Of a stretch of 64,000 nt of DNA, positions 40,396-50,554 are shown one piece after another; the stretch's first letter is position 1; every line of letters starts with the position of its first letter. Source of the stretch: an uncultured delta proteobacterium (lineage in GTDB: Bacteria > Desulfobacterota > Desulfobacteria > Desulfobacterales > QNYZ01); NCBI GenBank assembly GCA_963845145.1, contig CAWJQU010000005.1, positions 1,120,001 to 1,184,000 of the forward strand. Direction: 5' to 3'. The notes under the pieces were generated by a model that was given only the letters and a program-made list of their open reading frames with translations, was not told the origin of the DNA and did not search any database. The translations under genes and the position numbers were made by a program.

Positions 40396-41778
40396 TTAAA
40401 AAGGAAATTCCACGCCCATCGCGGCAATTTCGTCCTTCACACGGCGATACATGTCGAAATGTTCCTGGGTAGGCAGGGCCTTTTGAACGTCGTAACACTG
40501 GTGGTATTCACTGCCCATGGAAGCGGTGGCGGCCTCATCTTCATATTTGGCCAGCAACTTGAGGGCGATCTCGTTGGCTTGTTCGCGTTTCATACCCATG
40601 TTGGCCACGGCATGGCCCACTTCCACACCCAGACGGGCCTCCATGGGTGTGGCTCGATTGCGGTATTTATTTCGCGTGGAGGCCATCTCCCACAAATGCC
40701 AACCACATACGGTGCTCACTAAAGCGTGACAGGCTGTTTCACGGAAGAGCATCTCGGTCATGGGGCCCGCATTGGCGAACCCATTTGACGTGTAGAGCAG
40801 CTTGCTGTTGCGTGCCAAGGCTTGGCCCGACATGGCGATGGGCCAAAGCAGTTCCCGGGTGGTGTTGGAGCCGTAATTGAGGTGGAAGGGAAAATGCTGG
40901 TTAAAAATGGCCCCGTGAATCAATAGGCCTTTGAGACTGTAAGCCACCAGGGTCACGGCGACGCCTTCCGATCCGCCGCACCAGCCCCCGTAAATGGGCC
41001 CGGTGAGATTGCCGGTATAACAACCGTACTGTGCGTAATGCGCCGAGCGGTTGAGAAGGGTATCGGCGGTTTTAAATTCGGTCAACGATCCCACCAGACG
41101 GGCGTCCGTGGTGCGTACCCCCCACTCGTTATTGGAAACGGCGATCTGGCCGGCATCGTGTTCCGCTGTGCCCACAGCAACAAAAAAGGTGCCGGGGCGT
41201 CCCAGCTGCCGGGCTGTGGCGCGCATATTATAAATATGCTGGATGCAGCCATTGATCTCGGTGGGTCCTCCGGATTCGATCAGCTGTCCAACGGCATTTT
41301 CCAAAATCGGCGCACAAAATCCGTCCAATAAGGGCTCTTTAAGGTAGGCTGCGCACATGGAGTGATGCAGGTGCTCATCCACCGTGATATCCGGGCTGTA
41401 GATACAAAATGGGGGCTCGGTATCTTCCACCTGGCGGTGTTTCCACAGTTTGGCATCTTTGCCTTCACCGACCCAGTACTGATCTTTGGACATGTACAGG
41501 GCTTCTTTGATCTCCTCGTCAGTGACCTGGATGATGCGATGGGAATCGGTGTTGTAGACACCCACTTCCCTGAAAAGATCCCAGCCCGCCTGCCAGATCC
41601 GGTCCGCCATGGCATCGTCGGTCGGCACGGGTGTACCGGGATCGTATTTGATCTCGTATTTTTTGATCAGTTTTTTTAGTGTCGGGGTAAACAGTTTGGG
41701 TAAAAAATCATCTTCATCAACATGGGGGCCGGTCTTGGACCGTTCCATTATTTCCCATATACGATAAGCTGTAGTCAT
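40396..41778 (-). CDS. Monomethylamine methyltransferase MtmB-family protein lacking pyrrolysine
   Basis: 460 aa. 'ERSKTGP', 'DDAMADRIWQAG', 'GRPG', 'GGWCGGSEG', 'AGPMTEM', 'TPMEAR'. No in-frame TAG. Confidence 0.85.
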   Translation of the reverse strand: MTTAYRIWEIMERSKTGPHVDEDDFLPKLFTPTLKKLIKKYEIKYDPGTPVPTDDAMADRIWQAGWDLFREVGVYNTDSHRIIQVTDEEIKEALYMSKDQYWVGEGKDAKLWKHRQVEDTEPPFCIYSPDITVDEHLHHSMCAAYLKEPLLDGFCAPILENAVGQLIESGGPTEINGCIQHIYNMRATARQLGRPGTFFVAVGTAEHDAGQIAVSNNEWGVRTTDARLVGSLTEFKTADTLLNRSAHYAQYGCYTGNLTGPIYGGWCGGSEGVAVTLVAYSLKGLLIHGAIFNQHFPFHLNYGSNTTRELLWPIAMSGQALARNSKLLYTSNGFANAGPMTEMLFRETACHALVSTVCGWHLWEMASTRNKYRNRATPMEARLGVEVGHAVANMGMKREQANEIALKLLAKYEDEAATASMGSEYHQCYDVQKALPTQEHFDMYRRVKDEIAAMGVEFPF

Positions 41779-41827
41779 GCGATTCCTCCTGCCGGAAAGT
41801 TCGAATATGTAGTTAATTCGATAGCAT

Positions 41828-42457
41828 CTATGTTATCATTGCTGCCATTTTAGAGGCAGCACAGTTGGCATCTTCGCAGTAAAGATCGGCCCCGATCAGG
41901 TCCGCCCACATCTGGGAGGACGGTGCGCCACCGATCACCACCTTGTACTTGTCGCGAATCCCCTTGTCTTTCAAAAACTCGATGATCTCCTGCTGGCGCG
42001 GCATGGTCGTGGTCATCAATGAGGATGCCCCGATAAAATCGGCCCCCATCTCCTCGGCGGCCTTAATAAAATCCAGGGAGTCCACATCGTAGCCGAGATC
42101 CTTGACTTCAAAGCCACTGGTCTCAAGCATCAGCTTGACGATGTTTTTCCCGATTTCATGCAGATCGCCCTTTACCACCCCGATCACCACTTTGCCCCTG
42201 GCAACCACCCGGTCGGACTCCTTCAACTCTGGTTTTACGATATCCACCACCGCCGTTAGGGCCTCTCCGGCCAGCATCACTTCAGGCAGGAATATATCGA
42301 GATTGGCAAACAGGTTGCCCACGCGTTCCATGGTCTGGGTCAGCTTGGCCAAAATCTCAAGCGGATCGGTACCGTCGGCGAGCAATTTCCGGGCCATGGC
42401 CTCACATTCATCTTTATCACCGTCTTCCACGAGCTTGCTTAATTGTTCCAACGACAT
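41828..42457 (-). CDS. Cobalamin-binding corrinoid protein (MtmC-like)
   Basis: 'GDLHEIGKNIV', 'SSLMTTT', 'IGGAP'. GGAGG RBS before ATG 42457. Confidence 0.95.
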   Translation of the reverse strand: MSLEQLSKLVEDGDKDECEAMARKLLADGTDPLEILAKLTQTMERVGNLFANLDIFLPEVMLAGEALTAVVDIVKPELKESDRVVARGKVVIGVVKGDLHEIGKNIVKLMLETSGFEVKDLGYDVDSLDFIKAAEEMGADFIGASSLMTTTMPRQQEIIEFLKDKGIRDKYKVVIGGAPSSQMWADLIGADLYCEDANCAASKMAAMIT

Positions 42458-42696
42458 GGCATCCTCCAAAAATCAAATAATAACGATCAATTACATGTGT
42501 TTTCCTGGCAAAAACCACAACCGGGTTTTGATCCCCTAACGAAGTTGCGTTGCCCTGATAGTGCCTATAAAATATTATAAATATATTTGTCAATAAATCT
42601 TTGATATTTTCTGTTGACTTTCTGTAATATTCGGGTAACCATTGTGCTATTCTGCACAAAACAGGATTGGGTGTTCCAAAATCGGGTCAATTGACA

Positions 42697-43329
42697 ATGA
42701 AAAAAGCGGATGCATATGAGACGATGCGCATGCGTATCGTTACCAATGACGTTGCACCGGGTGAGATTTTCAACGAAAAAGATTTGATGGCCCAGCTGGG
42801 TATCGGCCGGTCGCCATTGCGTGAAGTTCTCTTCCGGTTGCAGGAAGAAAGCTTAATCAAACCGTTACCTCGCCTGGGGTATATGGTAACCACCCTGGAC
42901 ATTTCAGATGTCAGGGAGCTGGTGGAACTGCGCCGGGAGCTGGAGGGTTTTGCCGGCTATCTTGCCGCCCAGCGTATCACCTCCGAGCAATTGGAAGCGT
43001 TGGGTGCCATCATTGGTGAAGCTGAAATAAACGCTCCGGAAAAACAAGAATTCACCAGCATCGCCGAATATTATGACACCCGTTTCCACGACCTGCTCTA
43101 TCAGGCCGCTGGAAACCAGAACCTCACCAAAGTGCTTCAGGATTTACACATCAAAATGCTCCGAATCTGGTTTCACGTCGGCTTGGATGCCATCGGGTTT
43201 TCCCGGGAAGCTCAAAACTTTTACACTGTTTTGGAAGCCCTGGAGAAAGGGGATCCCAAAGGTGCGCGCCAGGCCATGGAGACCCATGTGGATTTGCACT
43301 CCGCCAAAATCAAAGACAAATTTTTATAG
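42697..43329 (+). CDS. GntR family (FCD domain) regulator
   Basis: 'GIGRSPLREVL', 'DTRFHDLLYQAAGN'. Divergent from the corrinoid operon. Confidence 0.9.
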   Translation: MKKADAYETMRMRIVTNDVAPGEIFNEKDLMAQLGIGRSPLREVLFRLQEESLIKPLPRLGYMVTTLDISDVRELVELRRELEGFAGYLAAQRITSEQLEALGAIIGEAEINAPEKQEFTSIAEYYDTRFHDLLYQAAGNQNLTKVLQDLHIKMLRIWFHVGLDAIGFSREAQNFYTVLEALEKGDPKGARQAMETHVDLHSAKIKDKFL

Positions 43330-43417
43330 CAAGTTGTAACGAGAAGATTCGTGAAACCAGCCAACATATACCAATATGGTTATCGCGCTGGTGCCCCAAC
43401 GGCAGGAGAAGCAACGC

Positions 43418-44293
43418 ATGCGTAAGGTGATCTGGGGTGCGCCCTCTTTCTGGATCGAACGGTTTCCCCTTTACTGGGGAATCGATCAGGGGTTTTTTAC
43501 AACCCAGGGAATCGACCTTGAAATCTGGTACTCGTACGGCGGGCCGGAACTGGCCCAAGCAGCCACAGAGGGCAAAATTCTTATCGGCGAAATGGGATTG
43601 CCTCCCTTCTTGACAGCTTATCAGCAGGGTTTACAGGCCAGAATCATTGGCAGCAGTGTTATTCAACAGCTGGATCACTATCTGGCCGCCCGCCCGGATT
43701 TGGAAACGATCACCGCATTGAAAGGGTGTCGCATCGGGATGTTGTCCGCCGGCAGTTGCGACGATTACTTCATTCGTAAGATGCTTTCGGCCAACGGCCT
43801 TAATCCGGAGAAGGATGTTAATCTGGTGCCGCTGGGTGACAGCTATGGCAAGCTATCTTTGTTTTCAAAAGGACAAATAGAGGCTGCCTTTGTGGTGGAG
43901 CCCCAGCTTTCCCGAGGGGAGAATGAAGGCTTGCTCAAAGTGATCGGGCGGGTGGGCGATTACTATCCCCGTTACCAATGGGGTATCATTTTTGCCAGTA
44001 CGATATGGTTGCAACAAGAAAACGACCTGCTCATGCGATTGATGCATGCTTTTCGGAAAGCGTGCCGTTCCATTCGGGATAATCCCGATGCAACCCTTTC
44101 TTTAGGTAGTAACGTTTATGGAATGACACCCGATATTTTCAAACGCGCCCTGTTACGGGACTTGCCTCGTTGGGAGGTCGATATCCGCCTTGATTGGGTC
44201 GGGCTTCAAAATGCCCTTGACGTGCAGAAAACCCTGGGAGTGCCGACATCGACCCTTTCACTAAATGAGATGGTTCAACAATTAGAATTTTGA
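43418..44293 (+). CDS. NitT/TauT (SsuA/THI5-like) substrate-binding-fold protein, orphan
   Basis: 'GIDQGFFTTQGIDLE', 'LKGCRIG', 'GLNPEKDV', 'VEP'. No obvious signal peptide and no adjacent permease. Confidence 0.7.
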   Translation: MRKVIWGAPSFWIERFPLYWGIDQGFFTTQGIDLEIWYSYGGPELAQAATEGKILIGEMGLPPFLTAYQQGLQARIIGSSVIQQLDHYLAARPDLETITALKGCRIGMLSAGSCDDYFIRKMLSANGLNPEKDVNLVPLGDSYGKLSLFSKGQIEAAFVVEPQLSRGENEGLLKVIGRVGDYYPRYQWGIIFASTIWLQQENDLLMRLMHAFRKACRSIRDNPDATLSLGSNVYGMTPDIFKRALLRDLPRWEVDIRLDWVGLQNALDVQKTLGVPTSTLSLNEMVQQLEF

Positions 44294-44368
44294 GTTAGCC
44301 TGGGTTTTGAGTAGCCTGGATTTTGATTTAACCTGAATTTTATTTAATCTGGATTATGAGCCTGGATC
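44288..44368. repeat. Degenerate ~16-17-nt tandem repeat (ttttgagt(t)agcctgga-like, about 5 copies)
   Basis: ttttgagttagcctggg/ttttgagtagcctgga/ttttgatttaacctgaa/ttttatttaatctgga/ttatgagcctgga between convergent genes. Confidence 0.6.
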
Positions 44369-45618
44369 AAGAGTGCCTTGCTTCACCGTGAGCAGAGTCT
44401 CCAAAAACGATCCGCCCGGCCTGTACAACCATCCGTACCTTGGACAGAGCGGAAATATCTTGGGTAGGGTCTCCGTCAACGATAACCAGGTCTGCCTGTT
44501 TTCCTGTTTGTATCGAACCCATATCCTTATCCTTACCAGCAGCCCGGGCGGCGACAATCGTGGCCGCGGCGAGGGCCTGCCAGCAGGTCATGCCACCGGC
44601 TACCATGGCGTCCAGTTCTTGCCAGAAACATCCGAATTCCGTGTATGGTAACCCGGCATCATTGCCCGCCACCACAGGTACACCCGCCGCTAGGCAAGCC
44701 TCGCAGGGTCTCAAATTTCACATCGATGATGCCGGGCAGGCGCGCCAGATGGGCTTGCTCGGACGCATCCAATGTCGCATGTGCCCGTTTTTTCTTTAGG
44801 TGAGCCAATGCGTCCCGGTACAATTGAATGGTGGGGGTTACAAATATACCGGCCCGGGCCAGGGAATCGGCCAGTTTGGTATCAAAATTAAGGGTGCCGT
44901 CGGGCTGTTCGAAACAGGCGTGTTCGATGTGATCCACGCCAGCCACCAGGGCATTTATAATGCCCGGCGTACCGCGACAATGAACAGCGACCGATCGGTC
45001 CGCTGCGTGAGCGACGTCAACCGCGGTTTTCAGCTGGTCAACGCTGTAGGAGGCACGGTCCGGGTGGGTGTTCGGTGTGCCCCCACCGGTACCGATAAGC
45101 TTGATGAAATCGGCACCGGCATCGATATGCCGGCCGACCATTCGGACGATTTCGTCCGGACTTTCCGCCACGCCGCCGAGAAAATGGGCATGACCATTGG
45201 TTATGGTCAGGGGGGGACCGCATAAAATCAAGCGGGAGCCGTCCAGAATACCCCGCTCCATGGCCTCTCGCAATGAAAACAAAACACCGTTTTGATCGCC
45301 ACAGTCCCGGATCGTGGTCACACCGCTTTGTTGTTCTCTGGCCACATTTCGAACGGCGGTGAGAAGGGCCATCTCGTCAGACTGCTCAAAGTAGAACGGT
45401 TGGCCACCCGAGGGTACACACAGGTGGGCATGGCTGTTGATCAATCCCGGCAAGAGGGTTTGTTGCGGGAATGAAAAAACATCGGTATCCGGCGGAAGGG
45501 GCGGCAGATCCGCCGGGGTGCCCCAGGATCGAATCTTTTCCCCGGAGACCAGCACACACCCGTCACGAAGAACCCGGCCTTTTTCCACATCCAAAAGCGC
45601 GGCGGCCTTAAAGAGCAT
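44367..45618 (-). pseudogene. Metal-dependent amidohydrolase split by a 1-nt frameshift at about 44700
   Basis: 'PGLINSHAH', 'GVTTIRDCG', 'IEHA' in one frame. 'VVAGNDAG...GKQADLVIVDGDP' in the next. Removing one G at ~44700 gives ...FETLRACLAAGVPVVAGNDAG. Confidence 0.75.
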
Positions 45619-45681
45619 CGGCTTCTCCCTATTTGTCCAGATTTTTTGCAGTCGGATTTTATGCTGTCAGGATTTATTTTG

Positions 45682-46566
45682 TCAGGCCTCGCTCCGTGCC
45701 AGGCGGCGTTCCAGCCACTGTACACAAAAGGAGAGCGTCAGGCACATAACCAGATACATGGCCGTAATGGTGAGCCACACTTCGATAGTGACATGGGTGG
45801 CGGACATGATCTGCATGCCCTGAAAGGTCAGTTCCTGAATTGAAATTATGGATACGATGGCCGAGTATTTAATCGTATTGATGAATTCGTTGGCTAAAGG
45901 TGGCAGCACCCGTTTGAGGGCCTGAGGCATGATAATATCCCGCATCTGCTGTCCCCAGGAAAGCCCCAGGGCATAGGATGCTTCGGTCTGGCCTTTTTCA
46001 ATGGATTGAATTCCGGCGCGAACGATCTCGGTGATATAGGCCCCTTGAAAGACCGCCACCGTGACCACGCCCGAAATAAAGGCCGTAAACAGATCCGGCG
46101 TGGAGAAGAAAAAGGCAAGGACTTTTTGAGTGGTGGGCCCCCGGCTGCGGATAAATTCTTCTACGCCCAAAATGGGCATAATTTGGGCGCTGACAAAGAA
46201 ATAAAAGATAAAAATCAGTACCAGGGGCGGGACGTTTCGGATCAACTCCACATAAGTGCGCCCGACCAGGCGGTTGAACAAACGCGGTGTGGTGCGAAGG
46301 ATGCCCGTAATGACCCCAAAAATTGCAGCCAGCAGCGTCGCCCAAATGCTCAGGCGGATCGTGGTTAACAACCCCTGTATCAATATGTTGGCCTTCCAGC
46401 GTCCCTCGGCATCATCAAAATACCATAGGTACTGGGGAACAATCGCCCAATTCCATTTGTAGTTCAACTTAATGGTCAGCCGGTAAACGATGAAGGCCGC
46501 CAGAACCAGAAGCAGTGCGGTAATCACTACATCCAGTTTGGTGATACGTGTTTTTCGCTGGTACAA
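45682..46566 (-). CDS. Polar amino-acid ABC transporter permease
   Basis: 'RNVPPLV', 'EIVRAGIQSIEKGQTEA'. Confidence 0.95.
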   Translation of the reverse strand: MYQRKTRITKLDVVITALLLVLAAFIVYRLTIKLNYKWNWAIVPQYLWYFDDAEGRWKANILIQGLLTTIRLSIWATLLAAIFGVITGILRTTPRLFNRLVGRTYVELIRNVPPLVLIFIFYFFVSAQIMPILGVEEFIRSRGPTTQKVLAFFFSTPDLFTAFISGVVTVAVFQGAYITEIVRAGIQSIEKGQTEASYALGLSWGQQMRDIIMPQALKRVLPPLANEFINTIKYSAIVSIISIQELTFQGMQIMSATHVTIEVWLTITAMYLVMCLTLSFCVQWLERRLARSEA

Positions 46567-46716
46567 AAACGGTCCCCTATCTTATCTCAATATAGCCAAT
46601 CTCAATAAAGAGTATCCCAATAAGGTTATCCCAAATTTGGGCGGCTATGATTTCAAGTCGGCAGCCACCCCGAAAAGCAGCTACCGACCGGATACGGTTA
46701 TCTTGCTATGACAGGG

Positions 46717-47538
46717 TTATTCTACCAGATCGGCCCAGTCGCGGGTGCCGAACCAATATTGATGTTTATCCTGGAGCCAACCCTGGTCACGTTTGGTCTG
46801 AATCCATCCGTTAAAAAATACCAGTGTGTCAAAGTCGCCTTTACGCAGGGCAAACCCGATGGGTTCCTTGGTAAAGTTCTCCTTAATAGGCAAAAAAAGC
46901 GTCTCTTTATATTTAATCGCTTCATACGCCGGCCGGGGAGCCGATCCTACTACAGCGTGGACCTTGCCGTTACGCAGTTCCTGGTAAGTCTGGGATTGGT
47001 CCTCAAAAAGGCGCAGTTTGGCTTTGGGCATGAATTTTTTTGCCGCCATCACCCCGGTTGTACCCAGCCTGACGGCCAATTCAACTTCCGGTTTATTGAA
47101 ATCGTCAAGGGAGTCGAACCCTGCCGCTTTTTCTTTATTGGCGACAATGGACATGCCCGAGTAGTCATAGGGAATGGTAAAATTAACCTTCATGGCCCTT
47201 TTTGTACGGATTCCCATACCACCGATAATCACATCGAACTTGCCGGTTAAAAGCGCCGGAATGATACCGGCCCACTTGGTGGGAACGAATTCGACTTTGA
47301 CCCCCATGTCTTCGGCCAGTTGCTTGGCCACATCGATCTCAAACCCAACCAGTTCGCCGGTTTTACTTTTCATGGCCCAGGGTACGAAGGTATCCATGCC
47401 CACTTTTAATACACCCCGTTTCATGATCTGTTCCAACGTGCTTTCCTGGGTCAGCTTCATTTGAAGCTCACCGGCAGCGGCGATCCCCGTCAGGCAAATT
47501 CCTAACACCAAAAACAATGCGATAATTTTTCGTTTCAT
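46717..47538 (-). CDS. Polar amino-acid ABC substrate-binding protein (probably histidine)
   Basis: Signal peptide, 'GFEIDVAK', 'WAGIIPALLTGKFD'. hut context. Confidence 0.9.
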   Translation of the reverse strand: MKRKIIALFLVLGICLTGIAAAGELQMKLTQESTLEQIMKRGVLKVGMDTFVPWAMKSKTGELVGFEIDVAKQLAEDMGVKVEFVPTKWAGIIPALLTGKFDVIIGGMGIRTKRAMKVNFTIPYDYSGMSIVANKEKAAGFDSLDDFNKPEVELAVRLGTTGVMAAKKFMPKAKLRLFEDQSQTYQELRNGKVHAVVGSAPRPAYEAIKYKETLFLPIKENFTKEPIGFALRKGDFDTLVFFNGWIQTKRDQGWLQDKHQYWFGTRDWADLVE

Positions 47539-47691
47539 TTTCTCCTCCATGGTCATACGTTGCGGTTAACAATTAAGGATGCTCAAGAGTACCATGCCCA
47601 CTACCGCCATTCAAGGCGTGACGTCACAGGCAATAATGGGTATACACGCCGGTAACCGGTCCTGGCCGGCGCCGCCAACGCTTGAATCCGG

Positions 47692-48444
47692 CTATAGAAT
47701 CTGGCTCAGGAACAGCCGCGTACGATCTTTCTCGGGTGCGGTAAAAAAATGTTCGGCGGTACCCACTTCCACGATTTTTCCGTCTTCCATGAAGATTACC
47801 CGATCGCTGACCTCACGGGCAAATCCCATTTCGTGGGTGACACAAACCATGGTCATCCCTTCGCGGGCCAGATCCTTCATTACATCCAGAACCTCCCCGA
47901 TCATTTCCGGGTCCAGGGCACTCGTGGCCTCGTCAAAGAGCATCACCTTGGGCATCATGGCCAGGGCCCGGGCAATGGCCACCCGTTGCTGTTGCCCCCC
48001 GGACAGTTGATTTGGGTAGTTATTTACTTTTTCATCAATACCCACCTTTTTCAGCAGGTCCATGGACATGGCGCGGGCGTCTTCTTTCGATTTTTTCCTT
48101 ACCCGTCGCTGGGCTAAATTGACATTTTCCAGGACCGTCAAGTGTGGGAAAAGGTTGAACTGCTGGAAGACCATTCCCACTTCTTTCCGGATTTCGAGCC
48201 TGTTTTTTTTGTTTTCGTCCAAAGGTATTCCGTCGATGATAATCGATCCGCTGTCGATCTCCTCCAGCCCGTTTAAGCAACGCAGGAAAGTGGATTTGCC
48301 GGACCCCGAGGGACCGATCACAACAACCACTTCGCCCCGGTGGATTCGGGTATTGAAATCAACCAAGGCCTTAACGTCCCTAACAAAGGTTTTATTTATG
48401 TGTTCGGCAACAATGATGTAATCCCCCACATCCTTTATGGGCAT
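47692..48444 (-). CDS. Polar amino-acid ABC ATP-binding protein (GlnQ-like)
   Basis: [32 protein letters not shown]. Confidence 0.95.
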   Translation of the reverse strand: MPIKDVGDYIIVAEHINKTFVRDVKALVDFNTRIHRGEVVVVIGPSGSGKSTFLRCLNGLEEIDSGSIIIDGIPLDENKKNRLEIRKEVGMVFQQFNLFPHLTVLENVNLAQRRVRKKSKEDARAMSMDLLKKVGIDEKVNNYPNQLSGGQQQRVAIARALAMMPKVMLFDEATSALDPEMIGEVLDVMKDLAREGMTMVCVTHEMGFAREVSDRVIFMEDGKIVEVGTAEHFFTAPEKDRTRLFLSQIL

Positions 48445-48467
48445 CCGGAATCTCCTTTATTTCCGAC

Positions 48468-49289
48468 TCAACGAACCACCTTAAAACGGTGTTCCATGTA
48501 GCTAACAATGATAGAAAGGGTGACGGTAACCACAAGGTACATTCCGGCCACGGTAAACCACAATTCAAATGTGAGAAAGGTTTCGGCAATGACGGCCTGG
48601 GCTTGCATGGTCAGATCGTAAATAGCAATGGTGCTAACCAACGCTGAATCTTTGACCAACGAGATTGCCTGGCTGGTCAACGGCGGCAATATCCTTCGAA
48701 GGGCCTGGGGCAGAATAATGGAATAGTAGGTATCAAAAGAATTTAGGCCCAAACTATACGCCGCTTCCCACTGCCCCCGGCGAATGGACACAATTCCCGC
48801 CCTGAAAATTTCCGAAGCATAGGCCCCTTCAAACAGGCTCAAAGCCATAATGGCCGACGCCATACGACTGATACCCAGAACCGGGCCCAGGACAAAATAG
48901 ATGAAAAACAGCTGTATCAACAACGGCGTATTGCGGACGCTCTCCAGGTAGACCCTGGCGATGATTTGAGCCACGAAGGAGTTGGAAAGCCGAAAAAGGG
49001 CCGTGGCCAATCCAATTATAAAGGCCAGAATGAGACTAATCCCCGAGATGCGAAAGGTCACCATTAACCCGTCCCACAAGGGGCCGGCAGTAAACCCGGC
49101 GTCATCATGGGTGAAGATATACTTAGGAATCTGATACCATTGCCAGTTGTACCCCAGTTTTTCGGTACCCGTGGAAAAAAACCAGAGGATGCCGATGATG
49201 AGAATGGCGAACTGGGCAATATCGAAAAGGGCGGACCGGTGAATTTTTTGCCATAGCGTTTTTCTTTGGATTTGTGAAACAGCGTTCAT
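48468..49289 (-). CDS. Polar amino-acid ABC transporter permease
   Basis: 'RNTPLLIQ', 'EIFRAGI...GQWEAA'. Start uncertain. Confidence 0.9.
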   Translation of the reverse strand: MNAVSQIQRKTLWQKIHRSALFDIAQFAILIIGILWFFSTGTEKLGYNWQWYQIPKYIFTHDDAGFTAGPLWDGLMVTFRISGISLILAFIIGLATALFRLSNSFVAQIIARVYLESVRNTPLLIQLFFIYFVLGPVLGISRMASAIMALSLFEGAYASEIFRAGIVSIRRGQWEAAYSLGLNSFDTYYSIILPQALRRILPPLTSQAISLVKDSALVSTIAIYDLTMQAQAVIAETFLTFELWFTVAGMYLVVTVTLSIIVSYMEHRFKVVR

Positions 49290-49512
49290 ATATTGCCTGT
49301 CGAAATGAGCGGGAGAATCGGAATCGTTGTATATGATCAACCGAAATGAGGGTTACGGTTCCTGCCGGAACACAACCCAACGTTAGGGCATATACAAGAA
49401 GGTTTTAATTACGCGACCGAATTGCAAACTGTCAAGTTTTTAATGGTCGTCCGCCAGGACAATGCATATATCAATTTCGAGACGGCAAGCAACCCGACGA
49501 TGGATGTCTTGG

Positions 49513-49598
49513 GCAGGGGATATCCCTTGTGGTTGCCCGGTGCTTTGATCGCTCAGGCACCTGATAGAGGCGTGGGCACCCACAAGGGGTGCCCCTAC
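49513..49598. repeat. REP doublet (GTAG-type, as associated with REP-associated tyrosine transposases)
   Basis: gcaggggatatcccttgtggttgccc (49513-38) and its inverted partner gggcacccacaaggggtgcccctac (49574-98). Confidence 0.75.
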
Positions 49599-49626
49599 GA
49601 GTGGATTTTACCCTAAAAATTTCTTG

Positions 49627-50364
49627 TCAGTAGGCCAGCATATCGCTGCTTTGCTGTCCCTGTTGCGGGTAAAAACTGTCCTCAAAAGCCAGATCACCAC
49701 GGATGAGATATTCAACCCAGGTCACGGCCTTCTCAAAGGTGTAAGTCGCCCGTTGAATACGAAAGGCCGGGTATCCCTCGTCGACATCGAAAAGCGAGGC
49801 GACCTCCTCGTTTAAACAGACTGCCTCCATCCGCTGCCAGACCTTTGTCAGCGGCAGGTTGTACTTGGAAACCAGAATCTCGTGGATGGAATCTACCTCC
49901 AGGTTTTCCCAAAGAATGCCGCCACAGAGATCGCTGCGTAGATAGCGGACCTCGTAGCGAACCGGTTTGTCGTCAAAATAATGCATGCGGCGGGCGAGAA
50001 TGACTTGCTCCGGATGACCCAGTTTTTCCGCCACCTTCGCCGGTGGCGGCACCGCTCGGAGTTCCAGGACCTCGGAGCGATGCTCCATATCCAGTTCCCG
50101 AGCGTGTTTGCGCGATGGGCGGATCCGGAAATACCCCTGGGAGAATAAACGGTCTTTTACGAAAGTACCTTTGCCGGGCACACGCTTGGCGAATCCCTCT
50201 TTTTCAACCTCTTCCAGGGCTCTGCGGGCGGTCATGCGACTGACATTAAATTTTTGGGCCAGCTGATTTTCCGAAGGGAGTTTGTCGGTAAATCGACCGG
50301 ACATGATTCCCTGCATCAGATGCTTTTTTATATGGATATATTTGGGTGTACGGCGAGTCATCAT
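49627..50364 (-). CDS. hutC: HutC-like GntR/UTRA histidine utilisation repressor
   Basis: 'LPSENQLAQKFNVSRMTARRAL...GKGTFV' plus UTRA domain. Divergent from hutU. Start uncertain. Confidence 0.8.
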   Translation of the reverse strand: MMTRRTPKYIHIKKHLMQGIMSGRFTDKLPSENQLAQKFNVSRMTARRALEEVEKEGFAKRVPGKGTFVKDRLFSQGYFRIRPSRKHARELDMEHRSEVLELRAVPPPAKVAEKLGHPEQVILARRMHYFDDKPVRYEVRYLRSDLCGGILWENLEVDSIHEILVSKYNLPLTKVWQRMEAVCLNEEVASLFDVDEGYPAFRIQRATYTFEKAVTWVEYLIRGDLAFEDSFYPQQGQQSSDMLAY

Positions 50365-50554
50365 ACGCATGCATACCAAATCCGGATCGACTTGTCTATA
50401 CCGGTAGAACCAGCCGCTTTGCATCGGTTGGTTCGCCTTTCAGCCCGGAGGCGTATCATTAGCGTATGTGCTTGTATCTTAGTATTTAGGAGATGATCAG
50501 GACCTATTTTTTACTTGACAATAACGATTGGGCTGAACTAATTGTGTGACAAGT

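Noticed and set aside
40382..40498. N-terminal extension of the 350-aa ORF overlapping the MtmB-like gene
   Set aside because: ATG at 40381 avoids the overlap and starts at the family-like sequence.
44288..44368. Short repeats as a CRISPR array (also 56958-57005)
   Set aside because: Units abut with no unique spacers, are too short, and no cas genes are present.
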